Source: Armatimonadota bacterium (GTDB lineage Bacteria > Armatimonadota > Fimbriimonadia > Fimbriimonadales > Fimbriimonadaceae). From it: a stretch of 64,000 nucleotides of DNA. The DNA lies in contig JANNQV010000018.1 in the NCBI GenBank assembly GCA_031400935.1, positions 62,001 through 126,000 of the forward strand, written 5' to 3'. Shown here piece after piece: positions 48,540 through 58,579 of the stretch. The notes beneath the pieces were generated by a model that saw nothing but the letters and a program-made list of their open reading frames with translations, was not told where the DNA came from and searched no databases. The translations under genes and the position numbers were made by a program. Numbering within the stretch: position 1 is the stretch's first letter; each line of letters starts with the position of its first letter.

Positions 48540-49532
48540 TTACGCAAACTGCTCAAGAAACCGAATATCGTTTTCCAAAAAGTGCCGAAGATCATCAACT
48601 CCATGTGCCATCATAGGAATTCTTTCAACTCCTAGCCCGAATGCAAACCCCGAAAACTCTTCTGTGTCAATCCCATACGCTTCCAAGATGTTTGGATGCA
48701 CAAGCCCAGCCCCGCCTAACTCAACCCATCGCCCATTAAACAATTTCGGCGATGAGATTGCATAGTCAACGCCAGGTTCAACAAACGGAAAAAAATCAGG
48801 GCGAAAGCGAATTTGAACTTCATCGCCGAACATTGCCCTAGCGAATAACTCTAGCGTTCCTTTGAGGTGCGCCATGGAAACCCCGCGATCAATCATGAAG
48901 CAGTCCACCTGATGAAATGTATGCGAATGCGTACGGTCTACGGCTTCGTTTCGAAACGTTCTGCCAACTGTAAAGTACCGAAGCGGAGGCTTCACAGTTT
49001 CCAAAATTCGCCCCTGAAACGCGGTGCATTGCGTCCGCAGAACCTTGTCCCCAACATAAAATGTGTCTTGTTCGTCCATCGCCGGATGGTCGGCGGGATA
49101 GTTCAGGGCGTCGAAATTGTATTTGAATTCCTCAAGCTCAGGCCCTTCGTGATACACAAATCCCATGCCGCCCAAAACTTCGATAATCCTGTTTGTAGCT
49201 TGTTGAAGGACATGCTCAATGCCAATTGGGGCTTTTCGGGAAGGAAGCGTGATATCAATAGCTTCCGCTACGAACTGGGCCTCAAGTTCGCCGCCTTTGA
49301 GTTTATTCTGGCGAGATTCAATTGCAGATTCCACCCGGGCGCGAGCTTCATTTACCGCCTTTCCGAAGTGAGGCTTCACATCGTTTGATAGAGTAGGAAT
49401 CAGCTTCATGAGCCCCAAGATGCTCCCATTCTTGCCAAGATAGCTAAGTTCAATCTCGCGCAAAGCGGTTGTATTCTCTGCCGAAGCTATAGCAGAAAGG
49501 GCCAGCGATTCCAATTCGGCAATCTGTTCCAT
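48540..49532 (-). CDS. pheS: Phenylalanine-tRNA ligase alpha subunit
   Basis: NFDALN...HPA, FRN..D.TH..TFHQ, FPFVEP, GFAFGLGVER. Confidence 0.96.
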   Translation of the reverse strand: MEQIAELESLALSAIASAENTTALREIELSYLGKNGSILGLMKLIPTLSNDVKPHFGKAVNEARARVESAIESRQNKLKGGELEAQFVAEAIDITLPSRKAPIGIEHVLQQATNRIIEVLGGMGFVYHEGPELEEFKYNFDALNYPADHPAMDEQDTFYVGDKVLRTQCTAFQGRILETVKPPLRYFTVGRTFRNEAVDRTHSHTFHQVDCFMIDRGVSMAHLKGTLELFARAMFGDEVQIRFRPDFFPFVEPGVDYAISSPKLFNGRWVELGGAGLVHPNILEAYGIDTEEFSGFAFGLGVERIPMMAHGVDDLRHFLENDIRFLEQFA

Positions 49533-49735
49533 TTGAACTTACGTTGTGACTCATTTTGGGCAAGTGATGCAAGGGGCAGGGGAGATTTTGGGTTTTGCAT
49601 TAGTTCGGAGTGCGGAAAGAGGATTGCTGCCAACCAACAACCGAAGACCGATAGCCAACAACCAAAAATCCCATCTCAAATCCCAGCCAAAATACGGAAT
49701 AAACCCCTTGGCGAATCAGGCTTGGGAGGATCAGA

Positions 49736-50338
49736 GTGTTTAAGAAAAAACCAAAAGTACCGACGGAAGTGGTTGAAGGCGGCAAGAAGAAGAAAGGCAA
49801 GCTACCCGTGATTATTGCGCTTGTTGTCGTTTTAGGCGGCGGCGGCTTCTTCATGATGAAGGGCAAAGGCGGTAAAGAGAAACCGAAGGTCAAAATCGGT
49901 GCAGAAGTCGCGGAACTCGGCGAAGTCCTGGTCAATCTGAAGGGTAGTTCAACCTATGCTCGAATGAACATCGGCGTCCAATTCGTCGAGGGTTTTGATG
50001 TTGCTCATTTAGAAAAGCAAAAGGCGATCATTCGTGACGCAATCATCATGGTGGTTAGCGCTAGAACTGTTGGAGAAGTTAGCACACCTTTTGGCAAAGA
50101 ACTTCTAAAAGAACAAATCGCGGCATCCATTAATCACAGTTTGCACCTGCTTCATCCACCGGAAGCGGGCGAAAAGGCTCCAGGCGAAGCTCCGAAAAAA
50201 GATGCTCACGGCGCAAACAATGGTCAGGAAGATGGCGAGAGCCATGGAATTCCTAGGGCCAAAAGAGTGCATCCAGAATGGGATTCTGATGAAGGTCCTG
50301 TACTCAAGGTTTACTTCTCAGATTTTGTAACTCAATAG
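49736..50338 (+). CDS. fliL: Flagellar basal body-associated FliL family protein
   Basis: Lys-rich N-terminus plus TM GGGGFF, LVNL, IRDAII, GKELLKEQI, VYFSDFVTQ. Confidence 0.85.
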   Translation: MFKKKPKVPTEVVEGGKKKKGKLPVIIALVVVLGGGGFFMMKGKGGKEKPKVKIGAEVAELGEVLVNLKGSSTYARMNIGVQFVEGFDVAHLEKQKAIIRDAIIMVVSARTVGEVSTPFGKELLKEQIAASINHSLHLLHPPEAGEKAPGEAPKKDAHGANNGQEDGESHGIPRAKRVHPEWDSDEGPVLKVYFSDFVTQ

Positions 50339-50537
50339 CGATTTCGAAGTAGCGCGGAGTTACAGTTACGGCGATTTAGCAATTGTTGCAGACTTGACTC
50401 CGCATTTTGGTCCCCGTCCCGACCTTCGATTTCCTCCCGACTTCGTTGCCCTCTCTTCGTTCGGCGGGACTTGCAGCTTTGGCGGGATATTCGAGACATC
50501 CTGTCCGGCCAGACTTTGAAAACTCGAAGAAACCGAG

Positions 50538-51095
50538 CTAAATCCCTAACGCTTTCGCAACACTGGGACAAGCAATCAAATCGTCCAATTTACTCTCATC
50601 CATTGCCTCAAAAACTGCATCTAGCACCTTAATTTCGGAAAGATATTTCGACCGAATCTCTTTGCGAAGCTTGCCCTCTACATACCGAATCTTATCTTCT
50701 CGCGATTCGCAAATGAGCTTGGGAACAGGGACAGGCTTCCCATCTTCAACTGCCACCATGGTTACCCTAGCCGTATTCGTATGTTGACGATTGCCTTCTT
50801 TCAAATTGGTCGAGTACACATCAATGACGACCTCCATCGAAGTTCGTCCTGCAAACCCTACATAGCCTTCCATTTCGACAAGAGAGCCGACAGCAATCGG
50901 TTCATGAAAATCAACTCGATCAAAGCTCGCTGTGACGCAAGGATGGCTACTGAATTTCTGTGCTGTCGCGCTGGCAGTAAGGTCAATCATGGAAAGAATT
51001 GATCCGCCAAAAACATAGCCCAATATATTCGCGTCTAATGGCGTCATGATCTGAGAAAGGACGGTTCGGGTTTGGGAGACGGGGAGCTGTTTCAT
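50538..51095 (-). CDS. Acyl-CoA thioesterase (hotdog, YciA-like)
   Basis: DANILGYVFGG..LS.ID, GRTSMEV, TMVAV. Confidence 0.9.
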   Translation of the reverse strand: MKQLPVSQTRTVLSQIMTPLDANILGYVFGGSILSMIDLTASATAQKFSSHPCVTASFDRVDFHEPIAVGSLVEMEGYVGFAGRTSMEVVIDVYSTNLKEGNRQHTNTARVTMVAVEDGKPVPVPKLICESREDKIRYVEGKLRKEIRSKYLSEIKVLDAVFEAMDESKLDDLIACPSVAKALGI

Positions 51096-51268
51096 GATAA
51101 ATTGAACTGGATGATTTGGGTGAAATGGGTGAGTTTGTCGGCTTTCAGTTGTTAGTTATTGGTTGTTGGTTGTTTGGTGGCGCAGGCAATTGGTTGGCAA
51201 TCTGCTGGCAAACACCTAGCGACAACAATGACCCCGGCGACAATCCACAATCCAAAATTTCCTTCCCC

Positions 51269-52060
51269 TTACGCCGACTTCACAATCGCCGCGAACTCAC
51301 TTGCATCCAAACTCGCTCCGCCGACCAATCCGCCGTCTATTTCAGGCTGGCTAAACAGTTCTTTTGCATTGCTTGCCTTTACAGACCCGCCATATAGAAC
51401 GAGGATTTCATCCGCCAAATCCTGCCCATAATGCTCTGAAATCGTTGAACGAATCATGCCGCAAACTCTGTTCGCTTCAGCCGATTCGCACGTTTGTCCT
51501 GTACCGATAGCCCAAACAGGTTCATAAGCGATAGAAAGAGTATAAAGCTCCGAGACATCCAGGCCTTGAAGTGCTCCAAACAGCTGGTTTTGAATTACTG
51601 CATCAGTTTTTCCCGATTCTCGTTCTGAAAGTGTCTCGCCAACACAAAGAATCGGATTTATTGAATGAAAGAGAAGTGTCTTGATTTTGAGATTTACGGT
51701 CTCATCGGTCTCAGCAAAATAGCCTATGGTAGATTCAGGAATCTCCAATTTGCCAAACTTGCCACGGGTTTCGCTATGCCCTACAATGCAATAGTCGGTG
51801 CAGAATTCGTAGAGCATCGCGGCAGAAACTTTGCCAGTAAATGCGCCCTTCATCTCCCAAAAAACGTCTTGCGCCCCAACCTTTACATGAGTATTTTTGA
51901 GGTTCTCTTTCACTTTTGGCAATAGCATAAAGGGAGGGCAAACTGCGACATCAACATCAGTTCTAGATTCGATTAGTTTCAAAAATGCATCAACGAGAGC
52001 AATCGCTGAAGCGGTGGAAAGGTTCATCTTCCAGTTGCCGACCACAAGTTTGGTACGCAT
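51269..52060 (-). CDS. tpiA: Triosephosphate isomerase
   Basis: GNWKMN, GHSE, AYEPVWAIGTG, YGGSVK, LVGGASL. Confidence 0.97.
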   Translation of the reverse strand: MRTKLVVGNWKMNLSTASAIALVDAFLKLIESRTDVDVAVCPPFMLLPKVKENLKNTHVKVGAQDVFWEMKGAFTGKVSAAMLYEFCTDYCIVGHSETRGKFGKLEIPESTIGYFAETDETVNLKIKTLLFHSINPILCVGETLSERESGKTDAVIQNQLFGALQGLDVSELYTLSIAYEPVWAIGTGQTCESAEANRVCGMIRSTISEHYGQDLADEILVLYGGSVKASNAKELFSQPEIDGGLVGGASLDASEFAAIVKSA

Positions 52061-52215
52061 ACTTCATTGTAGATGGAAAGTGGCTGTGGGTGCCAAGAAA
52101 ACTGCATATTCCGAATTCGATTTGCTAGGACCGAGTGTTCGCGTATCTTATGCGTCCCGGTTTTCGATTTCCATTCGGCGGGATTTTTGAAACCGAGCTT
52201 TCGCGCTCCAAAAGT

Positions 52216-53544
52216 CTATTTTGCTACGGTCAGCAATTCCCCGGGCCACATGAACTTCGCCGCTTCGCTTTGCTCAACGCTTCTACCATGCTCGATGAAG
52301 TAGTCAAACTCTTCACGGAACACTCGAATCGCCCCCTGAACCGGCCACGCCGCTGCATCGCCAAGCCCACAGAAAGACCGCCCATCAATCTGGCTACAAA
52401 TGTCCAGCATCAATTCGACATCCCCTGCCTTTCCGCCTCCTCCAACGATTCGATCCAGCGTGTTCAACAACCATTTCGTGCCCTCTCGACAGGGCGTGCA
52501 CTTGCCGCACGATTCATTGGCATAGAACTTCGCCGTGCGCCAAATAAAGGTCACAATGCAGGTGTGCTCATTTAGAAACATACAGCCGCCGGAGCCAACC
52601 ATAGACTTCACATCGCCCATTTCTTCATAGCCGAGAATCGCCTTCATTGTGTCTTCGGCATTAATCATCGGAACTGATGAGCCTCCGGGAACGCAAGCTT
52701 TGAGCGCCCCGCCCTTCATGCCTCCTGCCAATTCCAAAAGTTCGGCAAGCGAAGTCCCAAATTCAATCTCGTAGTTCGCAGGCTTGTTCACATGGCCAGA
52801 AACAGAGAATATCTTGGTTCCTCTCGAATTCTTTGTGGATGCGCCGAGCTTTGCATAAGCTTCGCCACCTTTATCCAGAATGTACGGCGCGCAAGCATAG
52901 GTTTCTACGTTATTGATGATCGTCGGCCGATCCCAAACTCCCTTCACAGTCGGCAGTGGAACATGGGGAAACTTGAGCCTCGGCATCCCTCTTTCGCCCA
53001 TCAAACTGCTCATCAGGGCAGATTCTTCGCCGCATTCATACGACCCTGCACCCATGTGAACATAGAGGTCAAAATTCGTGCCTTTTCCTAGACAATCCTT
53101 CCCCAGAAGTCCGGCATCGTATGCCTCGTCAATTGCATTTCGAATCGCAATTGCAGAATCAATAAATTCACCCCGTATGTAAATATATCCGGCATCTGCC
53201 TGAACGGCATGAGCAGCAATTGTCATTCCCTCGATTAGCAGGAATGGCGTGTTCTCCATTAGTTCCTTGTCTTTGAACGTGCCAGGCTCACCTTCGTCGG
53301 CGTTGCAGATCAAGTAGTGTGGCCCGATTTTGTCCTTGACAATTCCGTTCCATTTGATCCAGGTCGGAAATCCAGCCCCGCCACGACCTCGAAGGCCAGA
53401 GGCCTTGACTTCGTCAATGACAGCCTGGCGCTCCATTTTCAGAGCCTTTTCAAGCCCTTTGTAACCGCCTTTGGACTTGTATCCTGCTAGGGTTCGGAAC
53501 TTTGGGTCGTTGGTGTGTTCGAGAAGGAGTTTGTATTCAGCCAT
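52216..53544 (-). CDS. nuoF: NADH-quinone oxidoreductase subunit F
   Basis: SGLRGRGGAGFPT, NADEGEPGT, GEESAL, ESCGKCTPCREG. Confidence 0.96.
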   Translation of the reverse strand: MAEYKLLLEHTNDPKFRTLAGYKSKGGYKGLEKALKMERQAVIDEVKASGLRGRGGAGFPTWIKWNGIVKDKIGPHYLICNADEGEPGTFKDKELMENTPFLLIEGMTIAAHAVQADAGYIYIRGEFIDSAIAIRNAIDEAYDAGLLGKDCLGKGTNFDLYVHMGAGSYECGEESALMSSLMGERGMPRLKFPHVPLPTVKGVWDRPTIINNVETYACAPYILDKGGEAYAKLGASTKNSRGTKIFSVSGHVNKPANYEIEFGTSLAELLELAGGMKGGALKACVPGGSSVPMINAEDTMKAILGYEEMGDVKSMVGSGGCMFLNEHTCIVTFIWRTAKFYANESCGKCTPCREGTKWLLNTLDRIVGGGGKAGDVELMLDICSQIDGRSFCGLGDAAAWPVQGAIRVFREEFDYFIEHGRSVEQSEAAKFMWPGELLTVAK

Positions 53545-53547
53545 AGC

Positions 53548-54162
53548 CTATCTCCCACCCTTCTTCAAATGCACTTTCACAATTACATCTGCCATTTGCA
53601 CCGCTGTTGATTCCTTTGTGGCACGCAATTTCTCAAGCAAACTATCAATGTCTTTTTCCGTGACAGGCCCAATATATTGATCGCCAACTTGAAGTACTGG
53701 TGCACGATCGCAAGCATCCAGGCATTCGACCTCTTCGAGCGTAAACATTCCGTCTGCAGTCGTTTCTCCATGTCCGACCCCGAGCTTGGATTTTAAATAG
53801 TCCCAAATTCGATAAGCACCTTCCACATGACAGGTAAGGCATGTGCAAACTTCGATCTTATGTTTTCCCACTGCATGATGAGTGTTGTACATCGAATAGA
53901 AAGTAGCAACCCCCTCAATCTCAGCATAGCTTCGATTGAGTCGGAGGGCCACTTCGGCAATCGCATTGCCGCTCAATGTTCCGTCATATTCTCGCTGGGC
54001 AATCCAAAGTGCTGGCAAAATGCAAGCTTTGATTTCTGGGTATTGGCCCTTTAGCGTTTCAAGTTCAGAAACGCCGACTGCCGAGAATCTCATCTCGACT
54101 TCATCTGGTTTCGGCGGATTCGGGCGTTGGTTGTGTGAGCCAATTTGAAGCAGTTCGCTCAT
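53548..54162 (-). CDS. nuoE: NADH-quinone oxidoreductase subunit E
   Basis: ATFYSMY, CTCLTC, ECLDAC 2Fe-2S motifs. Confidence 0.93.
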   Translation of the reverse strand: MSELLQIGSHNQRPNPPKPDEVEMRFSAVGVSELETLKGQYPEIKACILPALWIAQREYDGTLSGNAIAEVALRLNRSYAEIEGVATFYSMYNTHHAVGKHKIEVCTCLTCHVEGAYRIWDYLKSKLGVGHGETTADGMFTLEEVECLDACDRAPVLQVGDQYIGPVTEKDIDSLLEKLRATKESTAVQMADVIVKVHLKKGGR

Positions 54163-54435
54163 GTAGGAATATCATGGCTCAAAATTGGTAATGATTTCAT
54201 GAGCGCGAACCAACCAGGTGGCAAAGCACTCTTGGTTTTCTAAGGGCGAAGTGGCAAACAAGTCCGTTTTCAGATTCGGTGCATCCGAATGACCTCTCAA
54301 AAAGCGTCACTTGCAATTAGAAACGGATTGACAGATCAATTGTTAAATTCGAAAGTCCAGCCCGCATTAAATGGTTCGTTGAACGCGGCCGATCAAAACG
54401 ATCTAGAATTTTTTGAGAGCCTGTGATCTAATCTA

Positions 54436-54481
54436 AAAAGATGCAGCCCCTCTAACAATTGTTAGAGGGGCTACAGTTTTT
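54436..54481. terminator. Intrinsic terminator after the pilin-like pair
   Basis: AGCCCCTCTAAC-AATT-GTTAGAGGGGCT flanked by A and T runs. Confidence 0.7.
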
Positions 54482-54501
54482 CGTTAGACCGTCCAGTAGG
54501 T

Positions 54502-54702
54502 CTAGCCGCCTGGCGGCTTTGTAGGCTCTGGAGCAGTTCCGACCTCGCCAACGGCTGCTTTCGATTCGCCAGATGCTGGCTCTCTTGGAGCGGTTACATT
54601 ACCTGCCTCCGCAGTCGAAGACGTAGGGCCGCTACTATCACCGCAACCAACTGCAGCAAATGCAATCGTCGCTAACGATAAAAGTATAACGATCTTTTTC
54701 AA
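54502..54702 (-). CDS. Small lipoprotein
   Basis: MKKIV...AVGC lipobox; abuts the upstream stop. Confidence 0.7.
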   Translation of the reverse strand: MKKIVILLSLATIAFAAVGCGDSSGPTSSTAEAGNVTAPREPASGESKAAVGEVGTAPEPTKPPGG

Positions 54703-55632
54703 CTAGTCCACTCCGTAGTAGTGCTCTCGTCGAATGTCTGTGATTGTGATCGCACCTTCGAGCTGAACTGGGATTCCGTTAGCTGCTTTAGCGCCGCTAT
54801 ATGCGGTGCCTTCAGCCATTGCTGCAGGAGACTTGGAAGCCACGTGACCGTCAACAAACGAAACAACCATGAGCTGGCGACCACGGAGTGAACCTCCGCC
54901 TGTCCAAGCACCTGCTGCTTCTACGTTGTTGAGAATTCTAACACCAGCCGTTCCACCATAAAAGGTGTTGTTATTCCAGCCAGCCGCACAATAGTAAATG
55001 TTACCAGGTGCATAGCAGTCAGGAGTATCTGCTGATAGAGTGATGAAGTAAGTTCCAATACCAAAGTACCATGAGCCATAGAAGTTGTTATATGGAGCAA
55101 TCTGTTCCGAGTTCGAATACTTCTGCGTCAAAAACGCAGTATCCGCTGGTCGAGAAACAGCCGTTCCGCTTCGTGGCGAATGGACTGGAGGAGTTGCTGT
55201 CAAATAAGGATATGCAACAGAACTTGTAAGGTATGGGTTCATACCGTACATAGGTCCGCCCAGTTTGTAAATTGCTGGATTGAATCCAACTGGAATGGAA
55301 GGAAAGTCAGGAGCCTGAGGATCACGATAAAGATCGTTGTTCTTCATATATGGCTGAACCGACTGTGTCCAAGGAATATATCCATTAACACCAAAGCAAA
55401 CATATGCAGGTGACGCGCATGGGTTATTCCAAGTCGCCATCGTCATAATCATGTCGTCATAATCGGACATATACATGATCGCACCAAGTGTGATCTGCTT
55501 GTTGTTCGAAATAGAGGCGGTTTTCTTAGCCGCTTGCTTCGCTTGAGCGAAGACTGGGAAAAGGATGGCTGCGAGGATTGCGATGATCGCAATAACAACC
55601 AAAAGTTCAATTAATGTAAATGCACGTTTCAT
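54703..55632 (-). CDS. Prepilin-type N-terminal cleavage/methylation (DUF1559-like) protein
   Basis: AFTLIELLVVIAIIAILAAILFPVFAQAK, MYMSDYDD, C-terminal FVDGH; GGAGG RBS. Confidence 0.92.
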   Translation of the reverse strand: MKRAFTLIELLVVIAIIAILAAILFPVFAQAKQAAKKTASISNNKQITLGAIMYMSDYDDMIMTMATWNNPCASPAYVCFGVNGYIPWTQSVQPYMKNNDLYRDPQAPDFPSIPVGFNPAIYKLGGPMYGMNPYLTSSVAYPYLTATPPVHSPRSGTAVSRPADTAFLTQKYSNSEQIAPYNNFYGSWYFGIGTYFITLSADTPDCYAPGNIYYCAAGWNNNTFYGGTAGVRILNNVEAAGAWTGGGSLRGRQLMVVSFVDGHVASKSPAAMAEGTAYSGAKAANGIPVQLEGAITITDIRREHYYGVD

Positions 55633-55880
55633 AATTTAATTACCTCCCAATAGGAGCACTCCCATTGTACGACACTTTTTGCGTTTCGTCAATACTTTTT
55701 TTGACTTTTTTCAAAAACTGCGACTTTGGTAATGCATTCGACGAGATTGCTGGCCAAAATGTTTCCACTTTCGAAGCTAAAATCGTCAATCTCGAATGGG
55801 TACTCACAATCGTAACTTTCATGCAAGAAACATGCCGGAAAAACAATTGAGACTGACAAATGTGCCAGAAAACGATTTCG

Positions 55881-57095
55881 TTACCTGTCTATCTCGCCCA
55901 AAACGATGTCAATCGAACCAATTATTGCGATTACATCGGCGATCAAGCGGCCAATTGCAAGCACTTCAAGGGCCTTCAAGTTCATAAAACTCGACGGACG
56001 GACATGCCAGCGGTACGGGCGGTTCGTTCCATCGCTTACTATATAGAATCCCAGTTCGCCTTTCGATCCCTCGACAGCAGCGTAGGATTCGCCTACCGGT
56101 GTGTGATATCCCTCGGTATAAAGCTTGAAGTGGTGAATCAACGATTCCATTGAAGTGTCAAGCTCTTCATAGGGGGGAGGGGAAATTTTTCGGTCGTCCG
56201 TTCGCCAAGCTCCATTTGGCAACCCGTCAAGTGCCTGCCTCAGAATCTTGCAACTTTCTTTCATTTCGGCGATACGAACCAAAAATCGGTCATAAACATC
56301 GCCGGTGCTTCCCACCGGAATATCAAAATCAAAATCTTCATACGACGAATAAGGATTGCTCTTTCTCAAATCCCATGCAAGTCCAGAGCCTCTGGCGATG
56401 GGACCAGAACAGCCAAGCTCCAACGCTTCCTTTATAGTAAGGATGCCCACTCCCATCGTGCGCTCCTTCCAAATCGGATTATCAACAAGGAGGTTTTCGC
56501 AAACTTGCAGCTCTGTTGGAAATTCTTTCAGGAAGGCATTTAATTTGATTTCAAATCCTTCAGGCATATCTCCGCGAATCCCACCTGGAACGATCCAGCT
56601 TGGCATCATGCGAACACCGCTGAACATTTCGAACATATCCAGAATATTTTCTCGCTGCTGCATGATATAGAAGAAAGGAGTCATGGCTCCCAAATCAAGT
56701 CCCGCGGTTCCGAGCCAAACGCAATGGCTAGCAATTCGGCTCAATTCAGCCAAGATGACTCGCAAATACTGGCATCGCTTTGGAATCTCGCAACCGAGCA
56801 ACTTTTCAACCGCTAAAGCATGTGCCAAATTCGTTCCGTTTGCGTTCAGATAATCCATCCGGTCGGTCATCACGACGCATTTGTAGTACTGCTGATATTC
56901 GGCTTCCTTTTCCATTCCCGTGTGCAGATATCCGATGACAGATTTGCAACTGACAATGACCTCGCCTTCGAGTTCGCAGATCACACGCAAAACGCCGTGG
57001 GTGCTGGGGTGCTGCGGCCCCATGTTGACGACCATCGTGTTATCGCCGATCCGCTCGAAAACAGTCTCGGTTGAGGGCATGAAAGTATTGCTCAT
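55881..57095 (-). CDS. nuoD: NADH-quinone oxidoreductase subunit D
   Basis: NMGPQHPSTHGVLR, GYLHTGMEK, IDIVLGEIDR. Confidence 0.96.
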   Translation of the reverse strand: MSNTFMPSTETVFERIGDNTMVVNMGPQHPSTHGVLRVICELEGEVIVSCKSVIGYLHTGMEKEAEYQQYYKCVVMTDRMDYLNANGTNLAHALAVEKLLGCEIPKRCQYLRVILAELSRIASHCVWLGTAGLDLGAMTPFFYIMQQRENILDMFEMFSGVRMMPSWIVPGGIRGDMPEGFEIKLNAFLKEFPTELQVCENLLVDNPIWKERTMGVGILTIKEALELGCSGPIARGSGLAWDLRKSNPYSSYEDFDFDIPVGSTGDVYDRFLVRIAEMKESCKILRQALDGLPNGAWRTDDRKISPPPYEELDTSMESLIHHFKLYTEGYHTPVGESYAAVEGSKGELGFYIVSDGTNRPYRWHVRPSSFMNLKALEVLAIGRLIADVIAIIGSIDIVLGEIDR

Positions 57096-57119
57096 GGCTG
57101 GCTTGGAGGATACCGGAAA

Positions 57120-57350
57120 TCGGTTGGATGTTGGCAGTTGGCGGTAAGCAGTTGGCAGACGGATTCAATCGAGATGTTCGTCTGAAGCATGTAATTTCCT
57201 TCTCCCGTCTTTCGATTCAGTCTTAGTCGCTCCGGTTACCGCTAACCGCCAACAGCTAACTGCAAACCAAAAAGTCCCGTACCACTTGCCAACAACTTGC
57301 CATCAACCTGCCGACCACGTGCAAACCACTTGCCGACTACCTACCGACTA
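57120..57350. repeat. Heptamer repeats (GTTGGCA / GCTAACT / CCAACAA types)
   Basis: gttggcagttggcggtaagcagttggcag with inverted gctaaccgccaacagctaactgc. Similar tracts at 5028-5075, 49630-49665 and 51146-51210. Confidence 0.6.
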
Positions 57351-58199
57351 CCCGCCAACAACCTGAATGGACTTCGCCATAGCCAGAATCGTCTCCGACG
57401 ACTGGATTTCATAGCCTGGCCTGCAAAAAGTCATTGCACACCAAACGTTTTCAACGGAGTAAGCATAGAACAGGTTGGCTATAGAGACAACATGGCCCGG
57501 ATCATTCTCCTCGCCAATGCTTAAAACGACTCTCAAAACGGGACACTCTTCGCCTTCGATTTTTTCATGGGCTTCGATCCGCACTCGTCCGTTGCTATCC
57601 ATAAAGCCGTTTTTGGGGCCGTTTCTAATATCTTCCAATTCGCTCAACATTGCTTCAATTGAGCCGTTTTCCGATTTTGGCAGGAGGAAAAGCTGCGTGG
57701 CGAGTCCAGCTTCATCGTCTGGAGTACCGACTTTCGGCATAAGGAATTGAATGTCTATGGGAGCGTTCGTTCCGGATAGAAGTTGATCGAAGTTGTTTCC
57801 AGTCATTCTCATCGAACTTTCAAACGTAGTCCTGTCTGCGACTGTCCAATTTGGAGGCACGATCATTGAAAAATGAGAGCCAACCATTGTCCGTTCCACT
57901 TGCTGCAATTCGCCTGAAACCCAGCCGTTCGAGCTATCTGAACCGATATTCGTATCCTGCTTTTTTTCGCGGGTGACGTAATCGTATAGCTGAACAGAAG
58001 CAGCGAGTCCACCAATCAGCGTCGCCAAAGTCACGAGAACCAAAATGACTTTGTTTCCAAAACTACGAGCCGGCCTTGATTCGCGAGCAATTTTCGCTTG
58101 AGTAAAGTTCATTACAGGCTCGGCATTCGGCGGGGAGACCGGCTTATTCTCGCTGACTTCCACTGTTTCCGGAACTCGATCTTCGTTGTCCACAACCAT
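57348..58199 (-). CDS. Hypothetical single-TM protein
   Basis: 283-aa ORF with one TM. Confidence 0.6.
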   Translation of the reverse strand: MVVDNEDRVPETVEVSENKPVSPPNAEPVMNFTQAKIARESRPARSFGNKVILVLVTLATLIGGLAASVQLYDYVTREKKQDTNIGSDSSNGWVSGELQQVERTMVGSHFSMIVPPNWTVADRTTFESSMRMTGNNFDQLLSGTNAPIDIQFLMPKVGTPDDEAGLATQLFLLPKSENGSIEAMLSELEDIRNGPKNGFMDSNGRVRIEAHEKIEGEECPVLRVVLSIGEENDPGHVVSIANLFYAYSVENVWCAMTFCRPGYEIQSSETILAMAKSIQVVGG

Positions 58200-58279
58200 A
58201 GTTTACAAAAGTTATGGGAATTAAGCAATGCAAAATGATGGATAAGGTAACGACGTTGGTTCTCCTTCGTCTGAAAACT

Positions 58280-58576
58280 ATGGTCAGAATTCTGTTCGCA
58301 ATCGTTGCAATGGCATCCACAACAATCGTTTTTGCCCAAAGTTCGACGGTGCTCCCGGTGAAGCGTACGCCGTTTCGCCTCAAAATCCGAAGCGCAGACC
58401 CATGGTTTGTAAAAGCCATGCTCGAAGGACTTCCGATGACTCAAAGCGAAATCAGTACAATTCCCGGGTTCGGCGGTCTTGGCTCGGCAGTTTCCCAAGG
58501 AATGTCCAAGATGTTTGAAGGCGGTCACTTGATCGTGAATCCAACAGATAACAGCCTTTGGTTCATTCCTGATTAG
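58280..58576 (+). CDS. Small secreted hypothetical protein
   Basis: Signal peptide MVRILFAIVAMASTTIVFAQ; NPTDNSL is reminiscent of a secretin N (NolW-like) repeat. Confidence 0.55.
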   Translation: MVRILFAIVAMASTTIVFAQSSTVLPVKRTPFRLKIRSADPWFVKAMLEGLPMTQSEISTIPGFGGLGSAVSQGMSKMFEGGHLIVNPTDNSLWFIPD

Positions 58577-58579
58577 ATC

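Noticed and set aside
49736..50338. Flagellar gene cluster
   Set aside because: fliL is solitary; no other flagellar genes are in the window.
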